From assembly GCA_963825135.1 (NCBI GenBank), contig CAWGRW010000009.1, positions 2,592,001 to 2,656,000 of the forward strand: 64,000 nt of DNA, given 5' to 3'. This DNA is from an uncultured bacterium. Lineage in GTDB: Bacteria; Desulfobacterota_D; UBA1144; Nemesobacterales; UBA2774. Shown here piece by piece: positions 1 to 12,834 of this stretch. Numbering within the stretch: the first letter of the stretch is position 1; the number at the start of each line of letters is the position of its first letter. A model generated the notes under the pieces. It was given only the letters and a program-made list of their open reading frames with translations, did no database searches and was not told the DNA's origin. The translations under genes were made by a program, and so were the position numbers.

Positions 1-657
1 AGGCGTGCCCTGTGTTATAACCACCCCTTTGTCTATGACGACGATATCATCGGCGAGCCAGTCGGCCTCTTCCATGTACTGAGTGGTGAGGAGTATCGTG
101 GTATCGCCCGCGGCGAGTTCCTTGATTATGTCCCACAGGATGAGACGGCTCCTGGGGTCGAGACCCGTTGTAGGCTCGTCGAGGAACAGGATCGAAGGAG
201 AGGCTATGAGGCTCGCCGCGAGATCGAGCCTCCTCCGCATGCCGCCCGAATATGTCTTCAGCTGACGGGAAGACGCTTCCACGAGGTCGAACTGTTCGAG
301 CAGGTCTCTCGCTCGGCGTTTGGTATCCGCGTCGCTCAGGCGGTAGAGACGCCCCATCATTTCGAGGTTTTCGAGCCCGGTCAGATATTCGTCCACGGCC
401 GCGTACTGTCCGGTGAGGCCGATGCTGCTCCGCACCTTGTCGGGCTCGCGGACGACGTCGTAGCCGTTTACGAGCACCCTGCCGCCGTCGGGCTTGAGCA
501 GTGTGCTGAGGATTCTGACCGTGGTGGTCTTCCCCGCGCCGTTTGGGCCGAGTATTCCCAGGACAGAGCCGCGGCGGACGGCGAAATTAAGGCCCTTCAA
601 AACCTTTATCGCCCCGTAAGACTTCTTGAGGCCCTCGACTATGATTGAGTTATCCAT
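1..657 (-). CDS. DrrA-family ABC-2 exporter ATP-binding subunit (3' end outside window)
   Basis: Manual translation from ATG 657: MDNSIIVEGLKKSYG..., Walker A GPNGAGKTT, signature YSGGMRRRL, Walker B LFLDEPTTGLDP, TTQYMEEAD. Absent from the ORF track because it runs off the edge. Confidence 0.9.
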   Translation of the reverse strand, partial: MDNSIIVEGLKKSYGAIKVLKGLNFAVRRGSVLGILGPNGAGKTTTVRILSTLLKPDGGRVLVNGYDVVREPDKVRSSIGLTGQYAAVDEYLTGLENLEMMGRLYRLSDADTKRRARDLLEQFDLVEASSRQLKTYSGGMRRRLDLAASLIASPSILFLDEPTTGLDPRSRLILWDIIKELAAGDTTILLTTQYMEEADWLADDIVVIDKGVVITQGTP

Positions 658-764
658 TTTTACGTCGCTGACATCGTAATAGGGTTTTTAAGCGTGCGGG
701 ACAAGACCCGCAGCCGGGTTGTTAAAGGATGCGTAACTGACACTAATATTCAATTCTTTGAGGG

Positions 765-1118
<354 letters not shown>

Positions 1119-1253
1119 ATGTCAAAGAACAATAAACTTTAATTATGCGTTGTAACTTATTATTGTAAAATAATTATTGTTTCTATGTTGTCAAGACCGC
1201 CGCTCGGACGGCTATATGGAGAGTGTACACTACTTTCGGGGATATATACAGGA

Positions 1254-1703
1254 TCAGAATCGCCTCTTCATGGCCTTTTCCATCTCCCTGTCGGCCTCCC
1301 TCTTCTTTATATCGTCCCTTCTGTCTATGACCTTTTTGCCCTTTCCCAGAGCGAGATCGACCTTCGCCCTGCCCTTCTTGAAATAGATCTTGAGCGGGAT
1401 GAGGGTGTATCCCCTTATGATTGTCTTGCCCATGAGCCTGGCGATCTCCCGCTTGTTTAGGAGGAGCTTCCTTTCCCTGCGCGGATCGTGGTTGAGTATG
1501 TTGGCCTTCTCGTAGGGGGCGATGTAGCTGTTGACGAGGAAGACCTCCTCGTCCCTTATCATGGCGAAGCTCTCCTTGATGCTTGCCTGGTTCCCCCGGA
1601 GCGACTTCACCTCGGAGCCCTTGAGCTCGATGCCGGCCTCGTAGTTCTCCTCTATGACGTAATCCCTCTTGGCCCTGGGATGGGTGCAGACGACCTTTTC
1701 CAT
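1254..1703 (-). CDS. smpB: SsrA-binding protein
   Basis: YEAGIELKGSEVKSLR, NHDPRRERKLLL, basic C-terminal tail; adjacent to tmRNA. Confidence 0.98.
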   Translation of the reverse strand: MEKVVCTHPRAKRDYVIEENYEAGIELKGSEVKSLRGNQASIKESFAMIRDEEVFLVNSYIAPYEKANILNHDPRRERKLLLNKREIARLMGKTIIRGYTLIPLKIYFKKGRAKVDLALGKGKKVIDRRDDIKKREADREMEKAMKRRF

Positions 1704-1737
1704 TTTTTTAATATAATGTCTAAGGGAAGGAAATCAA

Positions 1738-2136
1738 CACACGTAGTGTGCTCTATGGTTCCTTCTTAACTCCTCTGCCTACCCACCCTAACGCCTGTCT
1801 CAACCGTAGGAGCGGCTTCCAGCCGCGATTCCTTTGATTCCTTCCCCCTTTAATCAAGGGGGAAGGCGAGGATGGGGGTGATAAATCCGTTCATCCTGAG
1901 CTTGTCGAAGGAGATCATTCCCGAATGTCTTTATCGGGAATCTCATCTTTAATCTTTCAATTCCCTCCTTTGGAAAAGGAGGGGTAGGGAGGATTTTCCA
2001 TTTTGTCATTTCGAGCGCATGCGAGAAATCTATATGTACAACAAACAATGGATTTCTCATGTACATTCGAAATGACAAAATTAAAGGCGAAAGGAAACAA
2101 CAAAAGACGAGATCCTGAATCGAGTTCAGGATGACG
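1738..2136. repeat. Intergenic cluster of REP/BIME-like palindromes
   Basis: Stacked hairpins: cacacgtagtgtg; gcggcttccagccgc; ttccccctt...aagggggaa; ttcccga...tcgggaa; ccctcctttggaaaaggagggg; tgtcatttcga... paired with ...tcgaaatgaca; atcctgaatcgagttcaggat. Several recur elsewhere in the window. Confidence 0.8.
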
Positions 2137-2144
2137 GAAAAAAG

Positions 2145-2594
2145 CTAAAACTCCTTCTTACTATCCAGCATAAGGGTAACAGGCCCGGAGTTCACGAGGT
2201 GCACGTCCATCATTGCACGGAACCGACCTGTCTCGACCTTTGCTCCGCGCTCCCTCAGCTCACTCACGAATAGCTCATAGAGCCTCTCGGCTATCTCGGG
2301 ACGGGCCGCCTTGTCGAAGGACGGCCGCCTGCCCTTCCGGCAGTCGCCGTAGAGGGTGAATTGCGACACGACGAGGACCCCGCCGCCTGTATCGGTCACG
2401 GACAGGTTCATCTTGCCTTCCGCGTCCTCGAATATGCGGAGGGACAATATTTTCTCGGCAAGATACCGTACGTCCTCCCCGGTATCGTCCTTCCCCGCCC
2501 CGAGAAGCACGAGCACACCCTCCCCTATCCGGCCCACGACCTCGCCTTCGACCTCGACCCTCGCTTCTTTTACACGCTGTATTACGGCTCGCAT
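2145..2594 (-). CDS. dtd: D-aminoacyl-tRNA deacylase
   Basis: [20 protein letters not shown] and NxGPVT motifs. Confidence 0.97.
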   Translation of the reverse strand: MRAVIQRVKEARVEVEGEVVGRIGEGVLVLLGAGKDDTGEDVRYLAEKILSLRIFEDAEGKMNLSVTDTGGGVLVVSQFTLYGDCRKGRRPSFDKAARPEIAERLYELFVSELRERGAKVETGRFRAMMDVHLVNSGPVTLMLDSKKEF

Positions 2595-2692
2595 TGTTTT
2601 ATCCCGGCATGGGAGTGATATTTTACATCACGGATACCGGAAACATAAAATGATGACCGGGCAGTGAAATTGTATTATAATTGGAAAAGACG

Positions 2693-3034
2693 ATGCGTAT
2701 AACGGTTGCCTTAATAATATTTCTGGCTTTTATTGGATTGGGGGAGCGTATCGCAAGCGCGATCGAATTCCCGCCGGAGCCGCCTAAGAAGCTGATCATA
2801 CACACGGTCAAGAGCGGGGAGGAGCTGCACCTGCTGGCGGGGTACTATTTTCTCGACTGCAGGCAGTGGGAGAACATATATCAGGCCAACATGGGCACGA
2901 TCGTGAATCCGAACAGGATTTATCCCGGGCAGCAGCTTTACGTTTATGTGGACGCCGGCTGGAAGCCGCCATTCGACCTCGACGCCTACGTCAATAAATG
3001 GCGCCCTTACCTGTTGAGCGGCACTGCGCCCTAG
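2693..3034 (+). CDS. Secreted LysM-domain protein
   Basis: Signal peptide, then [16 protein letters not shown]...WENIYQAN...[11 protein letters not shown]ysM pattern. Confidence 0.8.
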   Translation: MRITVALIIFLAFIGLGERIASAIEFPPEPPKKLIIHTVKSGEELHLLAGYYFLDCRQWENIYQANMGTIVNPNRIYPGQQLYVYVDAGWKPPFDLDAYVNKWRPYLLSGTAP

Positions 3035-4227
3035 ATCAGGTCTCTTAAATATTCCCCGACGTCGGAGGTCGATATCTTCTCAAGGGCGGATTTTTCTATC
3101 TGCCTTATCCTCTCGCGCGTAACCCCGAATATATCCCCGATCTCGTTTAACGTGTAGGTGGTGTCTATGCCTATGCCGAAGCGCATCCTGATTATCTCCT
3201 GCTCCTTCGGCGTGAGGAGCGATAGTATGTCCTCTATCCTGTTCTGGACCGTTCTTTTGAGTATCGCGGAATCGGGCGGGGGTATCTTCTCGTCCTCGAC
3301 GAATTCGATGTGTGTCCTCTGGTCTTCGTTCGAGACCGGGGTGTCGAGGGACTGCACGTTGTTCATAACGTCTGACGCGGTCTGTATAATCCTTTTCACT
3401 ACGGAGGGCGAAATCCCCAGCTCCTTCGCTATCTCCTCGCACGTGGGCTCCCTGTCGAGCTCCTTCGACAGCATCGTGGTGACCGCCCTCACTTTTCCGG
3501 CCCATTCGTAGAGATATACCGGAATCCTGATGGTCTTGGTCTTCTCGAACGGCGCCCTGAATACTGCCTGCTGAATCCACCAGGTCGCGTAGGTGGAGAA
3601 CTTGTATCCGAGCGTGTAATCGAATTTCTCGACGGCCCTCATGAGGCCGAGGTTTCCTTCCTGAATGAGGTCGGCCAGAGGCAGGCCCCTTCCCATGTAG
3701 TTCTTCGCGATGCTAATTACCAGCTTGAGGTTCGACTTGATGAACCTGTTCTTGAGCTCGGAGGACCTCTTCACGTAGGCGTTCGAGAGGGTGTTCATCC
3801 TCTCAATGTAGCCGATCATGTCCTTTCCGGTGTAAACGGGGTACTTTTTAAAGAGGCTCTTGTTCTTGTTCGCGTCCCGTGAAATCTCGTTGAGTACCGC
3901 CCTTATGGCCTCGGCCTTGTTCTCGCACTTTTTAATATTGGCCGCTATCCTGAGCTCTTCTTTGGGCGAAAGGAGGGACGTCTCGTGCTCGAGGTCCTTG
4001 AAATATACGTGGAGGAGCCTCAAGTGCTCCTCGAGCTTCGATTTCCGGTGCTTCTTCCGGCCGGAGCCCGTCTCAAGGGAAGTGAAATCAGAATCGGATT
4101 CTGCGTCATCGGGGGCGAAACCATCGACCTCGACGTATGGAAATAATTCGTAATCTTTTTCGGAAGAGCCTGATTCTATTAAAGCGAGCCTCGGAGTCAA
4201 CTTTTCAAGGTCTTTATGTTTTTTCAT
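3031..4227 (-). CDS. RpoD/RpoS-like sigma-70 family factor (no obvious region 1.1)
   Basis: Region 2 [44 protein letters not shown]; region 4 [16 protein letters not shown]. Confidence 0.92.
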   Translation of the reverse strand: MKKHKDLEKLTPRLALIESGSSEKDYELFPYVEVDGFAPDDAESDSDFTSLETGSGRKKHRKSKLEEHLRLLHVYFKDLEHETSLLSPKEELRIAANIKKCENKAEAIRAVLNEISRDANKNKSLFKKYPVYTGKDMIGYIERMNTLSNAYVKRSSELKNRFIKSNLKLVISIAKNYMGRGLPLADLIQEGNLGLMRAVEKFDYTLGYKFSTYATWWIQQAVFRAPFEKTKTIRIPVYLYEWAGKVRAVTTMLSKELDREPTCEEIAKELGISPSVVKRIIQTASDVMNNVQSLDTPVSNEDQRTHIEFVEDEKIPPPDSAILKRTVQNRIEDILSLLTPKEQEIIRMRFGIGIDTTYTLNEIGDIFGVTRERIRQIEKSALEKISTSDVGEYLRDLI

Positions 4228-4448
4228 AACACCCTTTATCCCTGTTATGCATGGGATTCCCCTATTGAGTCAAAACTATGCGCTCCTTCAATACCCGTAA
4301 TGGTATGAGGGTACCCGGAATTACCGGGAATTATTCGATCTAATCGGCTGAAATCGAATATACAAGAAAATCGGTTGATTTTGGTTAATTCGGGAAGGCC
4401 GGGATAATTGGCCCTCCCGTTTAATTTTTCAAAATTATCAACGCACGA

Positions 4449-4868
4449 TTATATCTTGAAGGATTCAAGCGCTTCGTCGAACATCGTAAAAGCCTTGATC
4501 ACATTCTTCTTCGCGATGTCGTGGCTCTCCGCGGCGACGTTGCCCGAAATTCCCTTGAACGAATCCGTCAGGTTCTTCTGAAACTCGAAAACCTTGGCCA
4601 GTCCGTCGTCGAAAGCCCCTGTATCGACCTTGGCGAACGGGTAATTCTGCTTCGGAAGCGATCCGTAAAACTCCTTAACGGAATTGAAGTAATCCTTTTC
4701 CGCATCGATAACGTAGTCGAGCTGCTTGTTCAGCACCTTCTTGTTTTCCTCGGCCACTGATAAAGAGAAATCGAGCGTATTGAGATACGTCTCTTTTACG
4801 AGCTTCGATAATTCCTTTACCGGCTCGGTGAAACCTTTTGCATCAAAAGCTTGTTTGCTTGTTGCCAT
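4449..4868 (-). CDS. Helical hypothetical protein, phasin-like
   Basis: Strong SD (AAGGAGG) before ATG 4868; amphipathic all-helical composition. The phasin resemblance is inference. Confidence 0.55.
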   Translation of the reverse strand: MATSKQAFDAKGFTEPVKELSKLVKETYLNTLDFSLSVAEENKKVLNKQLDYVIDAEKDYFNSVKEFYGSLPKQNYPFAKVDTGAFDDGLAKVFEFQKNLTDSFKGISGNVAAESHDIAKKNVIKAFTMFDEALESFKI

Positions 4869-5193
4869 GATTATGACCTCCTTTTTTGGTCTAGGATTAA
4901 TATAATAGTCCCGGAAACGGTTGTCAAGAGGAAATGTACGCAAATGCGAAGATTTATATATTCATAACAGCCTGCCATTACAGCATATATAAATTCACCA
5001 TGAAAATATTATAATGCGTGTGCTTATAAATTGAGGTATCCGGATCCGTGGACGGCGGGGTTCTTAAAAGGGATGTACAGGCGGGAATAGAATGGAGAAT
5101 AGCATAAAGGATATAATTATCTATTATCCTCTCGGGTGTAAAAATACTTTAAGAACGCCTTCTAACAACCTAATATGACTTGCTAAATAATAT

Positions 5194-5601
5194 CTATGAC
5201 CCTTTCTTCATGAAGTCCTGGAACATGGACGAGGTATTTTTTACCTGCTCCATCCAGCTCTCCTGGATCTTCTGCATGTTCTTCATGTATTCGGAGAACT
5301 TGTCTTCACCCGTCCCGAGGCCGGGCATGGGGCTTCCGCTCCCGTATTTCATAGGGTTTTCGGACATAATCCTCAACATCCTCTTCGTGGTCTCCATGAT
5401 GTTTTCCATGAGCGCCTTCTGGAGCTCTATGGATTCCAGGAAGAGCCTCTGCTGGTACTCCATGACGGGCTTGGTCATCTCCTGGGCCTTCTTCTGGCCC
5501 TCGAGGATGGGTTTCGTAATCTTCTCGATTTCTTTCTTCTGGGTCTCGAGTACCTTGAAGAATTCCGAGAATATATTTTCAGAGCTTTCCTTCTTCGTCA
5601 T
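5194..5601 (-). CDS. Helical Met/Lys/Glu/Gln-rich hypothetical protein, phasin/PhaE-like
   Basis: SD AAGGAG; coiled-coil-like composition. Family assignment is inference. Confidence 0.5.
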   Translation of the reverse strand: MTKKESSENIFSEFFKVLETQKKEIEKITKPILEGQKKAQEMTKPVMEYQQRLFLESIELQKALMENIMETTKRMLRIMSENPMKYGSGSPMPGLGTGEDKFSEYMKNMQKIQESWMEQVKNTSSMFQDFMKKGS

Positions 5602-5941
5602 TTCAGGCTCCTTAATACTTGATAATGACTATTATAAATCCTGTGGGGGAATGTCAAGCGGCGCGACCGGGCGTCAGCGTAATAAGGCATAACCTATTTG
5701 TTTTTGAATGAAATAAAACTATAGGGGTAAAACTGTAATGACTGTTAAGGAAACCGAATCGTAAGGAGTATGAATGTGAAACCTTCCATTACTTCAATGC
5801 AGGGAGCGGTCGGAAAGTTCTTCATCGGCGGAAGGACGATACATCCGCCTTATCAATTCCAAACACCCATACCGGTCAAGCCGTGATGCGCTTTAGAACC
5901 GCTCCCCATCGATCCATACCGTCAAATTCAAACCGGGCTGA

Positions 5942-6148
5942 TTAACCCTCTAATATGAACGTAATTCTTATGTGGGCCCTGTATTCCGTGATTTTCCCGC
6001 CCTTACCCACAGCGGCGTTCATCTTCGTTACCTCTATTCCGGTGAGGCCGCGGAGCGTCTTGTTCGCCCTCTCGAGGGCGTTCTTTACTGCGTCGTCCCA
6101 CGATTTGGGAGACGAACCTATTATCTCTGTGATCCTTGCAACAGCCAT
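5942..6148 (-). CDS. Dodecin-family flavin-binding protein
   Basis: ARITEIIGSSPKSWDDAVKNALERANKTLR...YRAHIRITF, 68 aa, SD AAGGAGG. Confidence 0.92.
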   Translation of the reverse strand: MAVARITEIIGSSPKSWDDAVKNALERANKTLRGLTGIEVTKMNAAVGKGGKITEYRAHIRITFILEG

Positions 6149-6163
6149 AGCAAATACCTCCTT

Positions 6164-6245
6164 AGTGTATTTTATGCCTTACCGCAGTGTATTTTATGCC
6201 TTACCGCAGTGTATTTTGTGCCCTACCCCGGTGTATTTTGTTGCC
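6164..6245. repeat. 22-bp tandem repeat, about 3.7 copies
   Basis: agtgtattttatgccttaccgc at 6164 and 6186 (identical), degenerate copies at 6208 and 6230. Confidence 0.9.
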
Positions 6246-6417
6246 AGCCGCTCCCCGGTCCCATTACTACTATAATAAAAATGCCCAAAAAAAGTCAAGG
6301 TAAATTTATCGGCACCGGTTGACTTCATTACACAAATTTTATAATCATGCTATAATCAATCTCACAAAAAAGACACCCGTTTTAGAGGGCATAATCTAAT
6401 TTTATCAGGAGGGCCCT

Positions 6418-7560
6418 ATGCCTATTGATTTTGAGTTTACCGAAGAACAGTACATGTTCAGGGACACGATCCGCGACTTCGGCGAGAACGAGATAGCGCC
6501 GCTCGTGGAGGACGCGGAAAAGAACGAAAAATTCCCCAGGGAACTATTCCCCAAGCTCGGGGAGATGGGCTTCCTGGGCATCTCGTTCCCCGAGGAATAC
6601 GGCGGCGTGGGTCTGGACAAGATTACGGAATGCATATTCGCCGAGGAGATGGGGCGCATAAACGCGGGCATAGGCATGTGCATAAACGCGCACACGAGCC
6701 TCTCCTGCGTGCCCGTCCATAAATTCGGCACTGATGCACAAAAAGAGAAGTACCTGATACCCGGGATAGAGGGGAAGGTCATAGGCGCGCTCGGACTTAC
6801 CGAGCCCGACGCGGGCTCGGACGCGAGGAGCATACGCGCGACCGCGGTGAAGAAGGACGGGAGATACTATCTGAACGGCACCAAGACCTGGATTACTAAC
6901 GGCACTATGGCCGATTTCGTCATCGTCGCCGCATACACGGACAAGTCAAAGAAAGGCACGGGCATCAGTCTTTTCATAGTGGACTCGGACGCCCCCGGCT
7001 TCACGGAGAAGAACAAGATACACAAGCTCGGGCACAGGTCGGCCGACACGGCTGAGCTGGTGTTCGTGAACTGCGAAATACCGGAAGAGAACCTCCTCGT
7101 CGGAGAAGGGGGTTTTAACGGCGCAATGGATACGTTATTGGGCGCGCGCATAACCCACGCCGCGAAATCGGTCGGCCTCTCGCAGGCCGCGTTCGAATTC
7201 GCGCTTAACTATTCGAAGCAGAGGGAGGCGTTCGGGAAGCAGATATCGAAGTTCCAGGCCATAAGCTTCAAGCTGGCCGAGATGGCCGTCAAGATAGAGA
7301 CCGCGAGGCTCCTCGTGTACAAGGCCGCCTGGCTTTACAGCAGCGGTCAAAAGGCCCTCAAGGAGGCGTCGATGGCGAAATTGCACGCTGCCGAGGTAGT
7401 GCAGTGGGTCGCGACCGAGGCCGTGCAGGTGCTGGGGGGATACGGGTACGGGGTCGAGTTCCCCGTCGAGAGGTATTACAGGGACGCCAAGCTCGCGTCC
7501 ATTACCGAAGGCACGTCCGAGATTCAGCACGTCGTCATAGCGAGGGAGCTCGGCATTTAA
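6418..7560 (+). CDS. Acyl-CoA dehydrogenase
   Basis: GALGLTEPDAGSDA, LNGTKTWITNG, QREAFGKQI, VQVLGGYGY, YRDAKL..ITEGTSEIQ. Confidence 0.96.
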   Translation: MPIDFEFTEEQYMFRDTIRDFGENEIAPLVEDAEKNEKFPRELFPKLGEMGFLGISFPEEYGGVGLDKITECIFAEEMGRINAGIGMCINAHTSLSCVPVHKFGTDAQKEKYLIPGIEGKVIGALGLTEPDAGSDARSIRATAVKKDGRYYLNGTKTWITNGTMADFVIVAAYTDKSKKGTGISLFIVDSDAPGFTEKNKIHKLGHRSADTAELVFVNCEIPEENLLVGEGGFNGAMDTLLGARITHAAKSVGLSQAAFEFALNYSKQREAFGKQISKFQAISFKLAEMAVKIETARLLVYKAAWLYSSGQKALKEASMAKLHAAEVVQWVATEAVQVLGGYGYGVEFPVERYYRDAKLASITEGTSEIQHVVIARELGI

Positions 7561-7597
7561 CGCCTGAGAGATTCCCTGAACAAAATAAACTGAAAAT

Positions 7598-7638
7598 AAA
7601 AAGCGGGGATGCGTCATCAGACGCTCCCCGCTTTTTTG
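7598..7638. terminator. Bidirectional rho-independent terminator
   Basis: aaaaagcgggga...tccccgctttttt between convergent genes. Confidence 0.8.
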
Positions 7639-7684
7639 TGTTCTTTATTGTATCCCTGCTAAATCTTTAGATCCGATTAAAGCC

Positions 7685-7882
7685 TTATTTCCAGGGGGCT
7701 GTCATTTCGCCCTTCTCCGGGTCCTGGAACTTGAGCCACTTGGACGAATCGTAATGAGCCGACGCATAGCAAAGGATAGCCGTCGTGGCTATGAGCTGCT
7801 CAGGCGTGGACTTCGTCATTTCGGCCCTTTTCTTTATTATGTTCAATATCGGATCGGGTATCTGAATCGTTACTTCAGCCAT
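7685..7882 (-). CDS. Small protein, ribbon-helix-helix-like N-terminus
   Basis: SD AGGAGG; VTIQIPDPILNIIKKRAE beta-alpha-alpha pattern; 20 bp downstream of the nitroreductase. Confidence 0.6.
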   Translation of the reverse strand: MAEVTIQIPDPILNIIKKRAEMTKSTPEQLIATTAILCYASAHYDSSKWLKFQDPEKGEMTAPWK

Positions 7883-7902
7883 GATGTAGAACCTCCTTTG
7901 AT

Positions 7903-8931
7903 TTAGTCGGCGTCGCCGATACCTTTTTCTTTCCTGTACTGGTCCAATACCTCTCTCTTGACCGTCGGCACGAGCTTGAAGTCGCCTTCCTTCGCGCCCG
8001 CAGCCGTGGCTTCGACTTCCGAAGCGCTCAGGGGCTCGACCTTCTTGTCGACCGCGTTTACCGGGTCGTTAAGCTGTGAAGGGGTGAGCTTCCAATCCGT
8101 GAGGGATTCTTTTCCGAGCCCGAACCTGATCGTAAGCTTGTTTATTTCCTCGAGCCTTCCCGCTTTCGGTCCCGGCTCCTGTATCATCTTCAGCTCTTTC
8201 AGAAGCTCTACGGTCTTTCCGTCCCTTTCGAAGGGCTGTCCTACCTTGCCCTTGAAGAACATGGTTTCGAACGGAGGACGTCCTCTCGTACCGCCGCCGT
8301 CGAGGTTCTCCGACGGATAACCTACGGTCATTAGCCAGCAGAATACGTACGATGGCGGGAGGTTGAATTTATCCTTTATGTTCCTTCTCGCGCCGCCGCT
8401 TGCGCCGTTAAGGCAGCAGCCGAGCCCGAGGGACGTCGCCGTGAGGATCGAGTTTTGAATCGCGTTTCCAAGGTCGATGCAGGCGAGCCTGTGGAGAACG
8501 AAATCCGGGAGAAGGGCAGGCAGCGGGAAGAGCCTGTTCACGCGGTCGTATTCCCATCCGTGGGCCTTATCGAGGGCGCCTGTCCTCATCAGGTCGTGGA
8601 GCTGTTGTCCCTGAACGTCGTATGAAGACAAGTCGTAGCACCAGAAGATAAGTATCGGAGCCATCTGCGTCGTGATCTGGCTCCAGTCCGAGATGAATTC
8701 CCAGATCTCCGGGTCTTCGTCCCTGTAAACTACTATACCCCTCTGCCCGTTGAAGTTGCCGGCGGACGGAGCTATTCTTGAAGCTTCAAGCATAGCCTGT
8801 ATCTTCCATCTTTCGACAGGCTTGTTGGGTTCATACCATCTTATAGATCTCCTCAAGCCTATCGCTTCGAAAGTATTAAGCGGTTTGACCTGCCCAGCCT
8901 GAGGGAGAGCATCGGAAATCAATGTACTCAT
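7903..8931 (-). CDS. Nitroreductase-family protein with long C-terminal extension
   Basis: RRSIRWY, APSAGNF, IDLGNAIQNSILTATSLGLGCC, VGYP motifs. Confidence 0.9.
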   Translation of the reverse strand: MSTLISDALPQAGQVKPLNTFEAIGLRRSIRWYEPNKPVERWKIQAMLEASRIAPSAGNFNGQRGIVVYRDEDPEIWEFISDWSQITTQMAPILIFWCYDLSSYDVQGQQLHDLMRTGALDKAHGWEYDRVNRLFPLPALLPDFVLHRLACIDLGNAIQNSILTATSLGLGCCLNGASGGARRNIKDKFNLPPSYVFCWLMTVGYPSENLDGGGTRGRPPFETMFFKGKVGQPFERDGKTVELLKELKMIQEPGPKAGRLEEINKLTIRFGLGKESLTDWKLTPSQLNDPVNAVDKKVEPLSASEVEATAAGAKEGDFKLVPTVKREVLDQYRKEKGIGDAD

Positions 8932-9229
8932 TTCGGCCTCCTTATGTGAATTATGTTTTTCTTACCAGACAATCAACCATATTATTATTTCCGGAAAAAA
9001 AAGTCAAGTTATTCGTGCAATAAAGGACTATGAGTACTAATTTTTTGCTCCGTATATCCCATCCGCGCCCGCTGATAATGCTCGTGAAACCCGCGTCTCC
9101 TGCCGCGGTCCCCTGACGACCTCAGCTTTGCGCATCCAATGGTCTCAGATTATTTAATAATTCAGGGTTGAATTCCGGGCTTTGATTGCTATATTTAGAT
9201 AAAAATAACCAGATGGAGATAACTCGATA

Positions 9230-11864
<2,635 letters not shown>

Positions 11865-11927
11865 TCGAAAAGAACCGGCATTCACTCAGAGATGGGGGAG
11901 TGTCTTTTGCTATGGAGCATACATTTT

Positions 11928-12830
11928 TTGATCACACGTAAGATTACAAGGCTAATTGCTGAGACTTATGAGAGTGCCTTTAAAACAGGCAGGACATCTG
12001 GTAGCAGTACATACTATTCCATTGATATTGATAAACTATACGACTTTCTGTTCGATAATGAATTTCCAGGGGGTTTTTGTAATGATGCAAAAAAAACCTA
12101 TAATGCTTATAGCACTCGTAACCTAAAAGAATTTATAATGAAACTTCATACTGGAGAAACATTAGTCAGAGGAACGCCAGAATGGAGCTGGGAACAAAGG
12201 AGTGCTTTAGGACAAAGCTATCTACACGATCTGGCAGAGGTGATTATTAAGCACAAATCCACTTTAGATGACAGATTTGAAAGTCACATAATACGATCTA
12301 TTGATTCACTTATAGCTCAACTAGAGCTTGAAGGTTATGAGTACAAGAATGGGAAATTATTAATATCGGAAGCGGATGTTTTGGACATTACCGAGGAAGT
12401 TGGAACAATTGAGAATCTCTATAGGGAGCTAGGATTAGATAATACAGAAACAACATTCCATCATCTCTCTCTTTCAGAAGAACATTACCACAATAAGAAA
12501 TGGGATGATTCAATTTCCAATTCTAGAAAATTTCTTGAATGTATTATAAGAGAGGTTGCTGCAACACATAGCATTAGAAAAAAGGGTGCAAAACTCGATT
12601 CCGATATATATTCTAATCAAAAAAGTATCCGTAGTTATCTAGAGAAAGAAGGTTTATTGGAAGCAAAAGAACGGGAAGCAATTACTTCAGTGTATGGATT
12701 ATTAAGCGAAACTGGTGGGCATCCAAATATGGCAGAATCTGAAGAAGCAAGATTATTACGTCACTTATCTTTAACTCTTTCTCAATTTGTTATGCTAAGA
12801 CTTCGTGGAGCACTTATTAAGTCGACATAA
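11928..12830 (+). CDS. AT-rich hypothetical protein with Abi_C/HEPN-like helical C-terminal domain
   Basis: Likely TTG start after GGAG (ORF track start 11892). C-terminus HLSLSEEHY..WDDSISNSRKFLECII..YGLLSETGGHP..EARL resembles abortive-infection C-terminal domains. Confidence 0.55.
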   Translation: MITRKITRLIAETYESAFKTGRTSGSSTYYSIDIDKLYDFLFDNEFPGGFCNDAKKTYNAYSTRNLKEFIMKLHTGETLVRGTPEWSWEQRSALGQSYLHDLAEVIIKHKSTLDDRFESHIIRSIDSLIAQLELEGYEYKNGKLLISEADVLDITEEVGTIENLYRELGLDNTETTFHHLSLSEEHYHNKKWDDSISNSRKFLECIIREVAATHSIRKKGAKLDSDIYSNQKSIRSYLEKEGLLEAKEREAITSVYGLLSETGGHPNMAESEEARLLRHLSLTLSQFVMLRLRGALIKST

Positions 12831-12834
12831 CGAT

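Noticed and set aside
1..764. Genomic island integrated at the ssrA 3' end
   Set aside because: The next gene is a host-like ABC ATPase, with no integrase and no duplicated att visible in the window.
1854..2078. 74-aa ORF (LPTPPFPKEG, LLRQAQDER)
   Set aside because: It is a translation of stacked palindromic repeats.
6164..6245. Possible CRISPR array
   Set aside because: The repeats are contiguous with no spacers, and there are no cas genes.
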